Source: Hyphomicrobiales bacterium | GTDB lineage: Bacteria > Pseudomonadota > Alphaproteobacteria > Rhizobiales > Beijerinckiaceae | Length of the DNA stretch: 64,000 nucleotides | Reading direction: 5' to 3' | Assembly (NCBI GenBank): GCA_026400555.1 | Contig: JAPLOW010000063.1 | Span: 4,622-68,621, forward strand | Shown here: piece by piece, positions 30,271 through 38,049 of the stretch | How the letters are laid out: every line of letters starts with the position of its first letter | Numbering within the stretch: position 1 is the first letter of the stretch | Notes under the pieces: model-generated | The model's database searches: none | What the model saw: the letters and a program-made list of their open reading frames with translations, nothing else | What the model was told of the DNA's origin: nothing | Program-made: the position numbers and the translations under genes

Positions 30271-30945
30271 ATGAGCATGAACGCCGTGTATCGCGGTCCA
30301 GTGGATTGTCCGTCCACCATTCCGCTGTTCCCGCTGTCGGGCGCGCTGCTGCTGCCGCGCGGACAGATGCCGCTCAACATCTTCGAGCCGCGCTATCTCG
30401 CCATGTTTGACGACGCGCTGAAAAGCCATCGGCTGATCGGCATCATCCAGCCCGATCAGGATGTCGAGGAACAGGTCCGGCTGACGCCAAGGCTCTACAA
30501 GGTCGGCTGCATCGGTCGCATCACGCAGTTCGCCGAGACAGGCGACGGGCGTTATCTGCTGACGCTGACCGGCGTCGCCCGGTTCGAGGTCGAGGAGGAG
30601 CTCAGCATGCTGACGGCCTATCGCCAGGCCAAGGTCAGCTATGCGCGCTTCCTGGCCGATTTCGAGGCCCGCGCCGGTGAAGACAAGGTTGACCGGGTCA
30701 GCCTGTTGCGGGCGCTCAAGGAGTTTGCCCTGGCCAACGAGCTCAAGATCGACTGGAAGGGCGTCAACGACGCTCCGAACGAGGCGCTCGTCAATGCCCT
30801 GTCGATGATGGCGCCATTCGGCGCGCGGGAAAAGCAGGCCCTGCTCGAGGCGCCCGATCTCAAGGCCCGCGCCGACATGCTGGTGGCCATCACCGAAATG
30901 GAACTCGCGCGCGGCGGCTCAGACACCGACACGACCTTGCAGTGA
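30271..30945 (+). CDS. LON peptidase N-terminal substrate-binding domain protein
   Basis: IPLFPL, PLNIFEPRY, VGCIGRI, EKQALLEA. Confidence 0.9.
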   Translation: MSMNAVYRGPVDCPSTIPLFPLSGALLLPRGQMPLNIFEPRYLAMFDDALKSHRLIGIIQPDQDVEEQVRLTPRLYKVGCIGRITQFAETGDGRYLLTLTGVARFEVEEELSMLTAYRQAKVSYARFLADFEARAGEDKVDRVSLLRALKEFALANELKIDWKGVNDAPNEALVNALSMMAPFGAREKQALLEAPDLKARADMLVAITEMELARGGSDTDTTLQ

Positions 30946-32303
30946 CCGACTATCCGCCAAAGCGGGCGGTACGCGCCTGGATCATGTTCGACTGGGCGGC
31001 CCAGCCTTTCTTTACCCTGATCACCACCTTCGTCTTCGCGCCCTTCTTTGCCTCCGCCTTGGCGCCGGATCCGGCGCAGGGGCAGGCCTGGTGGGGCTAC
31101 GCTACGGGATTTGCCGGCCTGTGCATCGCCGTGCTGTCGCCCCTGCTGGGCGGCGTGGCCGATATGACCGGCCCTCGCAAGCCATGGATTGCCATCTTCG
31201 GCGCCATGCTGGTCGCCGGCGCGGGTCTGCTCTGGTTCGCGGCGCCGGGGCATCCGTCTGCCGTGCCGATCGCTCTCGCAGGCTTTGTTCTGGCCACGAT
31301 CGGAGCCGAGTTCGCCACCGTCTTCAACAATGCGATGATGACCCGGCTGGTCCCGCCCGAACGCATTGGCCGGCTGTCCGGCACCGGCTGGGCCGTCGGC
31401 TATCTCGGCGGCCTTCTGTCGCTCGTGATCATGCTGGGCTTTCTCGCCGCCAGCCCGGACACCGGCAGGACTCTTCTGGGGCTCCTGCCGGCCTTCGGAC
31501 TGGACCCGGCGCTGCGCGAGGGCGACCGCATCAGCGGACCGCTAGCGGCACTCTGGTTCGTGGTTTTCGTCGCGCCGATGTTCCTGCTGACGCCTGATAT
31601 GCCGAAAACAGGCGTGAAGCTTGCCGCGGCCGCCAGCCAGGGCTTTGTGCAGCTCAAGGCCACCCTGGCCGACGTGCGTCGCTGGCCCTCTATGGCGCGT
31701 TTCCTGATCGCCAACATGATCTACCAGGACGGGCTGGTGGCGCTGTTCGCCTTTGGCGCCATCTACGCGGCGGGCGTCTTCGGCTGGTCGACCATCGAGG
31801 TCGGAATTTTCGGAATCCTGCTGACCGTGACCGGCGTGTTCGGCGCGCTGGCCGGCGGCTGGCTCGACGACCGGATCGGCGGCAAGCCTGTCGTGCTCGG
31901 CGCGATCGTGGTGTTGATCATCACCTGCATCGGGATTCTCTCGCTCGGCAAGGGTCACATCCTGTTCGTGATCCCTGCCGAAGCAGCCCGCCCGGGCGAC
32001 GGGCTGTTCGGCAGCCTGCCGGAGAAAGTCTATCTCGGCCTCGGCCTGCTGATCGGCCTCGTCGCCGGCCCGATGCAGGCGGCCTCGCGCAGCCTTCTGG
32101 CGAGACTGTCGCCCCCCGCCAGGACCGGACAGTTCTTCGGCCTGTTCGCCTTGTCGGGCAAGGTGACGAGCTTCATGGGCCCGACCTTGGTGGCCCTCGC
32201 CACTGATCTAACGGACCGGCAGGAAGCCGGGCTGGCGGTGCTGATCGTATTTTTCACGGTCGGCGGCGTGCTGTTGTGGGGCGTGAAGACCGGGCAGGCC
32301 TGA
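30942..32303 (+). CDS. MFS transporter (UMF1/ATG22-like)
   Basis: WIMFDWA, GRLSGTGWAVGYLGG, QAASRSLLARL, FFGLFALSGK. Confidence 0.88.
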   Translation: MTDYPPKRAVRAWIMFDWAAQPFFTLITTFVFAPFFASALAPDPAQGQAWWGYATGFAGLCIAVLSPLLGGVADMTGPRKPWIAIFGAMLVAGAGLLWFAAPGHPSAVPIALAGFVLATIGAEFATVFNNAMMTRLVPPERIGRLSGTGWAVGYLGGLLSLVIMLGFLAASPDTGRTLLGLLPAFGLDPALREGDRISGPLAALWFVVFVAPMFLLTPDMPKTGVKLAAAASQGFVQLKATLADVRRWPSMARFLIANMIYQDGLVALFAFGAIYAAGVFGWSTIEVGIFGILLTVTGVFGALAGGWLDDRIGGKPVVLGAIVVLIITCIGILSLGKGHILFVIPAEAARPGDGLFGSLPEKVYLGLGLLIGLVAGPMQAASRSLLARLSPPARTGQFFGLFALSGKVTSFMGPTLVALATDLTDRQEAGLAVLIVFFTVGGVLLWGVKTGQA

Positions 32304-32459
32304 TACGCCACAGAGCCATGCCGCGATTTGGCCGCGATTGCCCGCCACAGCAGGGCCCGCTGGCACGGTTTCTGGACCCACTGGCTTGATGTTGACGTTT
32401 CATTAACTTTAAATGCGCAGCGTCCGGAGCCTGTTGAAGCGCTGCTGTCCGATTGGATC

Positions 32460-33134
32460 ATGATGCACGACCGGAAAACCACAAATGCCCTGCCCGCCAT
32501 CCTGTGGCGTGTGGCTGCCATTGTCGGGGCCATGCTGGGCCTTTCGCTTCCGGCCATGGCGCATCCCCATGTCTGGGTCACGGCAAAGTCGGAGATCATC
32601 TACAACCGTGAAGGCCGCGTCGCTGCCGTGCGCCACGCTTGGACCTTCGATGAACCCTATTCCGCCTTCGCGGTACAGGGCCTCGACAAGAATGGCGACG
32701 GCAAGCTCTCCGCCGACGAACTCGCCGAACTGGCGAAGGTGAATGTCGAATCCCTGCATGAATTCGACTTCTTCACCGTCGCGAAAGCCAGCGGCGTCAA
32801 GCAGGACTTCAGCCAGCCGGTCGATTACGCGCTGAGCTACGACAAGGCGCGGTTGACCCTGACTTTCACCCTGCCGCTCAAGATCGCCGCCAGCCAGCGA
32901 ACCTTTTCGCTGGAGGTGTTCGACCCGACCTGGTTCGTGTCGTTCACGCTGGCCGAGGGCGATGACGCGGTCAGGACGGTGGGCGCGCCGCAGGGCTGCG
33001 CCCGCACGATCACCCGTCCGCGCCCGCTGGAGCCGGCGCAGCAGCAGAAGTTGTCGGAGGACTTCTTTACCTCGCTGTCCGGCAGCAATTTCGGTGCCGG
33101 CTTCGTCAACCGGGTTCTGGTGGCGTGTCCCTGA
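32460..33134 (+). CDS. DUF1007 family periplasmic protein (ZevA-like)
   Basis: Signal peptide then AHPHVWV; WTFDE; EF-hand-like LDKNGDGKLS; FDPTWF. Confidence 0.85.
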   Translation: MMHDRKTTNALPAILWRVAAIVGAMLGLSLPAMAHPHVWVTAKSEIIYNREGRVAAVRHAWTFDEPYSAFAVQGLDKNGDGKLSADELAELAKVNVESLHEFDFFTVAKASGVKQDFSQPVDYALSYDKARLTLTFTLPLKIAASQRTFSLEVFDPTWFVSFTLAEGDDAVRTVGAPQGCARTITRPRPLEPAQQQKLSEDFFTSLSGSNFGAGFVNRVLVACP

Positions 33135-34135
33135 TCAGGTCGATGGAGGCTCCGGCGGTTCCGGGCCCTGGCCCCAGGATCCTGATCGCCGTCGCGGCCC
33201 TGTGCCTTGTGGCCGGGTTGATGCTGGCCGTGACGTGGTGGCTCTCGGCCGGTGCGCCGCCTCCCCCACCGCCTGCCCGCAATCCCTTTGGCGTCGGCCC
33301 GCGCGAGGCCGCCCCCGCGGCCAGCGGCCTCGGCGCGATGATCCTGAACTATCAGGCCGGGTTCTACCGGGATCTGACCGCGACGCTGCGCGCGCTCCGG
33401 GACAGCAGCGCTGCCCTGCCAGCCTTGCTGGCGCTCGGTTTCGGTTATGGCGTGATCCACGCTGCCGGTCCGGGACATGGCAAGGCTGTCATTTCCGCCT
33501 ACATCCTGAGCGACGACCGCGCCGCAGTCTGGCGCGGCTTCAGCCTCAGCCTTGGGGCGGCGCTGGTCCAGGCTCTGGTGGCGATCGGCCTTGTCGTGCT
33601 GTTCACGCTCATCCTCGGCGCGACCGCACGCCAGATGAACGCCGCGACCCGCTGGGTCGAGATCGCTGCCTTTTCCGCGATCACGATCCTCGGCCTCGCA
33701 CTCCTGTGGCGCAAGGCGGGTGTCCTCGTGGGTGCCTGGAGGGGTGACGCAGCCGCCTGCGCGCCCGGCTGCGCCCATGACGCAGTCTTGACACCTCCGT
33801 CGCCCCGTTCGATCCGGCAAAGCCTCGGTGTCATGGTGGCGGCCGGGATCAGGCCCTGCGCCGGCGCCATCATCGTGCTGGTCTTTGCTGCCTCGCAGGG
33901 CATCATCTGGGCCGGGATCGCAGCAACCTTCGCCATGGCGCTGGGCACGGCGCTCACGACCGGCGTGCTGGCGATGCTGGCTGTCATGCTGAAAGGACTT
34001 GCCTTGCGGCTGGCGGGCGGGCGCGGAAACCGTGCCGCCCTGGCGATCCGGACGCTCGAATGCCTTGCTGCCGCGTTCGTGGCCGTGCTCGGCGGCCTTC
34101 TGCTCGCAGGCTATCTTGCCGCCGGTACAAGCTGA
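33125..34135 (+). CDS. Nickel/cobalt transporter family protein (RcnA/NicO, ZevB-like)
   Basis: YGVIHAAGPGHGKAVI, GIRPCAGA, MALGTALT. Confidence 0.88.
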   Translation: MSLIRSMEAPAVPGPGPRILIAVAALCLVAGLMLAVTWWLSAGAPPPPPPARNPFGVGPREAAPAASGLGAMILNYQAGFYRDLTATLRALRDSSAALPALLALGFGYGVIHAAGPGHGKAVISAYILSDDRAAVWRGFSLSLGAALVQALVAIGLVVLFTLILGATARQMNAATRWVEIAAFSAITILGLALLWRKAGVLVGAWRGDAAACAPGCAHDAVLTPPSPRSIRQSLGVMVAAGIRPCAGAIIVLVFAASQGIIWAGIAATFAMALGTALTTGVLAMLAVMLKGLALRLAGGRGNRAALAIRTLECLAAAFVAVLGGLLLAGYLAAGTS

Positions 34136-34190
34136 ATCCTCACCCGCATCGTGGCATACCGGCAGGTTATGCGAAACTGGGTCAGCCTTG

Positions 34191-34218
34191 TTGACTTGTT
34201 TAGGCGCCTGTCTATCGT
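34191..34218 (+). promoter_or_regulatory. Putative sigma70 promoter of the NitT/TauT ABC operon
   Basis: TTGACT-N16-TATCGT about 55 nt upstream of the ATG. Confidence 0.45.
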
Positions 34219-34272
34219 GTCTCCTCAAGAAGTCCGCACAAGCGGTCAGTTTGCCTCGGGAGGGGTCGTCGC

Positions 34273-35121
34273 ATGCAGGAGGCCGCTGCCGTCGCGGACA
34301 CACGCGCCGCCGCATCCGCAGCCATCGCGCTGTCGGGCATCGACATCACCTTCAACCTGAAGGATGGCGGCCGCTATCAGGCGGTGAAGGACATCTCCGT
34401 CTCCGTCGCAGACGGCGAATTCGTTGCGGTGGTTGGACCAACCGGCTGCGGCAAGTCCACCTTGCTGAACGCCGCCGCCGGCCTGCTCCGTCCGAGCGCC
34501 GGTGCGGTTGGCATCCTGGGCGAGCCCCTGTCCGGCCTGAACCTGCGCGCCGGCTACCTGTTCCAGCTTGATGCGCTGATGCCGTGGAAGACGGCGCTCC
34601 AGAATGTGTCTGTGGCGCTTGAGCCGCAGGGCGTCCCCGCCCGCGAGGCCGAGGAACGGGCGCGCGAGTGGCTGGCGCGCGTCGGGCTGCGCGCCTTCAC
34701 CGACCGCTACCCGCACATGCTCTCGGGCGGGCAGAAGAAGCGTGTCGCACTGGCGCAGGTGTTGATCCGCAATCCGAAGATCCTGCTGATGGACGAGCCC
34801 TTCGGACCACTTGACGCGCAGACACGCCAGATCATGGGCAACCTGTTGCTTGACCTCTGGTCAAAGGACCGCAAGGCCGTGATGTTCGTCACCCATGACC
34901 TCGAAGAGGCGATTTCATTGTCCGACCGCGTGGTGGTGATGTCGGCAGGTCCGGCTGCCACGATCGTCGGCGACTACCGCGTCAGTCTCAAGCGCCCGCG
35001 CGACATCGCCGACATCCGCCTCGACAGGGACTTCCACGAGATTCACCGCCAGATCTGGCAGACCCTCAAGGTCGAGGTCCAGCGCGCCTATGCTGCCGGC
35101 GAGGGGAGGGACATGGCATGA
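34273..35121 (+). CDS. NitT/TauT family ABC transporter ATP-binding protein
   Basis: GPTGCGKS, LSGGQKKR, MDEPFGPLDAQTR, VTHDLEEA. Confidence 0.93.
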   Translation: MQEAAAVADTRAAASAAIALSGIDITFNLKDGGRYQAVKDISVSVADGEFVAVVGPTGCGKSTLLNAAAGLLRPSAGAVGILGEPLSGLNLRAGYLFQLDALMPWKTALQNVSVALEPQGVPAREAEERAREWLARVGLRAFTDRYPHMLSGGQKKRVALAQVLIRNPKILLMDEPFGPLDAQTRQIMGNLLLDLWSKDRKAVMFVTHDLEEAISLSDRVVVMSAGPAATIVGDYRVSLKRPRDIADIRLDRDFHEIHRQIWQTLKVEVQRAYAAGEGRDMA

Positions 35122-35921
35122 ACGGCCCATCCCGCCTCAGGATCACGGTGCTGCAGATCCTCGTCATGGTCGGCTTCCTGCTCGTCTGGCACATCACGAC
35201 AACAACGGCGCTGTTTGCCGAGCCGAAGAAGATGCAGTTCTTTTTCTCAACCCCGATCGACGTGATTGCACGCACCTGGAAGCAATTGTCCGGCGGCGAG
35301 ATCTGGTATCACCTCGGCGTCACGCTGACCGAAACCGTGCTCGCCTTCATCTTCGGTGCGACCGGTGGCGTGCTGTGCGGCTTCGTCTTTGCCCGCAAGG
35401 AATTGCTGGCCGCAGTCTTTGATCCCTACATCAAGGCCGCCAACGCCCTGCCGCGCGTGGTGCTGGCGCCGATCTTCGCGCTCTGGTTCGGGCTGGGCAT
35501 CTGGTCGAAAGTCGCACTCGGCTTCACGCTGGTCTTCTTCATCGTCTTCTTCGCCGTCTATCAGGGTGTCCGTGAGGTCTCGCAGACGGTTCTGGCCAAT
35601 GCCCGGATGCTCGGTATGAACGAGCAGCAACTGATGCGGCATGTCTACTGGCCGGCTGCGATGACCTGGATGTTCTCGTCGCTGCACACATCGGTGGGGT
35701 TCGCCCTGGTGGGCGCCGTCGTCGGCGAGTATCTCGGCTCGTCGGCGGGCTTGGGCTATAAGATCCACGAGGCGGAGAGCGTCTTCGACGTCACCGGCGT
35801 TTTCTCGGGCATGCTGATCCTGACCATCTTCGTGTTGATCCTTGATGCGATTGTCACGATGATCGAAAACCGGCTTCTGGTCTGGCGCCCGGGGCAGGCA
35901 TCAACGGGTGCCAACAGCTGA
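35118..35921 (+). CDS. NitT/TauT family ABC transporter permease
   Basis: NALPRVVLAP, ARMLG, GAVVGEYLGS. Confidence 0.92.
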   Translation: MNGPSRLRITVLQILVMVGFLLVWHITTTTALFAEPKKMQFFFSTPIDVIARTWKQLSGGEIWYHLGVTLTETVLAFIFGATGGVLCGFVFARKELLAAVFDPYIKAANALPRVVLAPIFALWFGLGIWSKVALGFTLVFFIVFFAVYQGVREVSQTVLANARMLGMNEQQLMRHVYWPAAMTWMFSSLHTSVGFALVGAVVGEYLGSSAGLGYKIHEAESVFDVTGVFSGMLILTIFVLILDAIVTMIENRLLVWRPGQASTGANS

Positions 35922-35968
35922 CCGTCACACAAGCAGCCGCGACAAGGCTGCAATCCGGAGGAACACTT

Positions 35969-36994
35969 ATGACGATCCATCGCAGAACCGTTCTGGCGGG
36001 CCTTGGCGCCGCCGGCTTTTCAGGCCTCGCCATGCCGGCGATCGCCCAGCGCACGCCGGAGAAGTCCAAGCTCGTCCTTGGTGTCGGCGGACGGGCCCTG
36101 CTCTACTACCTGCCTCTGGCGATCGCTGACCGGCGCGGCTTCTTCAAGGAGCAGAGCCTCGATATCGAGATCAATGATTTCGCGGGAGGCGCACGGTCCC
36201 TCCAGGCGCTTGTCGGCGGCTCGGTTGATGTTGTTGCCGGCGCTTACGAACACACAATCCGCATGCAGGCGAAGGCGCAGGACATCCGCGCCGTCGTCGA
36301 GCTTGGCCGCTTCCCCGGCATCGTCATCGCGGCCCGCAAGGAGCTTGTTGCCCGCGTCAAGTCCCCGGCTGATTTCAAGGGTCTCAAGCTTGGCGTCACC
36401 GCGCCCGGCTCCTCGACAGCGCTCACCGTCCAGTACGCCATGGTCAAGGCGGGGCTGAAGGCGAGCGATGCGCCGATCATCGGCATCGGCGGCGGAGCCA
36501 GCGCCGTCGCGGCGGTGGTTCAGGGCCAGGTCGACGTGATCTCCCATCTCGACCCGGTCGTCTCCAAGCTCGAGGCCGATGGCCTGATCGTGCCGATCAT
36601 CGACACGCGCACAGAGGCCGGCACCCGTGCCCTGTTCGGCGGCTCCAACCCCGCGGCGGTGATCTATGCCCGCCAGGAGTTCATCGAGAAGAACCCCGAG
36701 ACCATGCAGCGCATTGTCAACGCCTCGGTCAAGGCGCTGAAATGGCTCGAAACCGCAACGGCCGATCAGGTCGCGGACACAGTGCCGCCTGAGTATCATC
36801 TCGGCGACAGGGCCGTGTACCTGCAGGCCGTGAACAAGCTGAAGGAGAGCTACTCGCGCACCGGCATCGCCAGCGCCGATGGCATGCAAAGCGTGTTTGA
36901 CGTCCTCAAGCAGCTTGATCCCGAGCTGGCCAACGCGACGGTCGACCTGAGCAAGACCTTCAATCCGGCCTTCGCCCGGCGCGCAACAAGCTGA
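35969..36994 (+). CDS. NitT/TauT family ABC transporter substrate-binding protein (Tat signal)
   Basis: RRTVL; YYLPL, GAYEHTI, GVTAPGSST. Confidence 0.9.
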   Translation: MTIHRRTVLAGLGAAGFSGLAMPAIAQRTPEKSKLVLGVGGRALLYYLPLAIADRRGFFKEQSLDIEINDFAGGARSLQALVGGSVDVVAGAYEHTIRMQAKAQDIRAVVELGRFPGIVIAARKELVARVKSPADFKGLKLGVTAPGSSTALTVQYAMVKAGLKASDAPIIGIGGGASAVAAVVQGQVDVISHLDPVVSKLEADGLIVPIIDTRTEAGTRALFGGSNPAAVIYARQEFIEKNPETMQRIVNASVKALKWLETATADQVADTVPPEYHLGDRAVYLQAVNKLKESYSRTGIASADGMQSVFDVLKQLDPELANATVDLSKTFNPAFARRATS

Positions 36995-37075
36995 GCGTCA
37001 CGTTTGCCCGGCTTCGGAACGTCTCCGGATCCGAGCAATCATTTTGGACTCCACAGACCGCATCATGTCTTTTCA

Positions 37076-37184
37076 CTGGAGCTCATCCTTCGACAAGCTC
37101 AGGATGAGGGTTGTGGTGCGGTGCCGCCTGTGAAGGCCACACCCGAGCACCCTTATCCTGAGCTTGTCGAAGGATGAGCTCCAG
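37076..37184. repeat. REP-doublet/MITE-like element: 35-bp inverted repeats around a 39-bp spacer
   Basis: CTGGAGCTCATCCTTCGACAAGCTCAGGATGAGGG(37076-37110) pairs with CCCTTATCCTGAGCTTGTCGAAGGATGAGCTCCAG(37150-37184), one mismatch. Confidence 0.85.
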
Positions 37185-37197
37185 CCAGTACAAAGCC

Positions 37198-38046
37198 ATG
37201 AACATCCTCTCGATCCAGTCCCATGTCGCCTATGGCCATGTCGGCAATTCATCGGCCGTGTTCCCGATGCAGAGGCTGGGCTGCGAGGTCTGGCCGATCC
37301 ACACGGTGCAGTTTTCGAACCACACCGGCTACGGGGCCTGGAAAGGCCGGGTCTTCGACGGCGCGATGATCGACGAGATCATGGACGGCATTGCCGACCG
37401 CGGCGTGTTGCCGGTCTGTGACGGAGTGATTTCCGGCTACATGGGCTCCGCCGACCTCGGGCATGCCATCCTGTCGGCGGTGGCCCGCGTCAAGGGCGCG
37501 AACCCCAAGACGCTCTATGCCTGTGATCCGGTCATCGGCGATGTCGGGCGCGGCATCTTCGTCAGGCCCGGCATTCCCGAGTTCATGCGCGACAAGGCCA
37601 TGCCGATGGCCGATGTGGTGACCCCGAACCAGTTCGAACTGGAGTTCCTCACGGGGCTGCCGGTCAGCACGCTCGTCGAGGCGAAGGCCGCGGCCGCCGC
37701 ACTGCGCAGGACCGGCCCGATGGTCGTGCTGCTCACCTCCATGGTGACGGCAGAAACACCGGGCGACGCCATCGATATGCTGGCCATGGACGGCACCGGC
37801 GCCTGGCGGGTCCGCACGCCAAAGCTCGGGCTCAGCATCAACGGCGCCGGCGACGCCATCATGGCGCTGTTCTTCGTGCACTATGCGCGGTCACGATCCG
37901 TGCCCCATGCCCTCGGCGAGGCCGCAGCTTCAATTTACGGTCTGCTGAAGCGGACCCTGGATGCCGGCTCACGCGAGATCCTGACAGTGGCCGCGCAGGA
38001 TGAGTTCGTCAGCCCGACGCAGCGCTTTACGGTTGAGCCTGTCTAG
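37198..38046 (+). CDS. pdxY: Pyridoxal kinase PdxY
   Basis: MNILSIQSHVAYGHVGNS, SNHTGY, CDPVIGD, TPNQFELE, NGAGD. Confidence 0.93.
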   Translation: MNILSIQSHVAYGHVGNSSAVFPMQRLGCEVWPIHTVQFSNHTGYGAWKGRVFDGAMIDEIMDGIADRGVLPVCDGVISGYMGSADLGHAILSAVARVKGANPKTLYACDPVIGDVGRGIFVRPGIPEFMRDKAMPMADVVTPNQFELEFLTGLPVSTLVEAKAAAAALRRTGPMVVLLTSMVTAETPGDAIDMLAMDGTGAWRVRTPKLGLSINGAGDAIMALFFVHYARSRSVPHALGEAAASIYGLLKRTLDAGSREILTVAAQDEFVSPTQRFTVEPV

Positions 38047-38049
38047 AGC

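Noticed and set aside
32395-32415. CtrA site (TTAA...TTAA) upstream of DUF1007
   Set aside because: The half-sites are 2 nt apart, not 7.
37076-37184. CRISPR-like repeat-spacer unit (35-bp repeat, 39-bp spacer)
   Set aside because: The two copies are inverted rather than direct, there are only two, and no cas genes are present.
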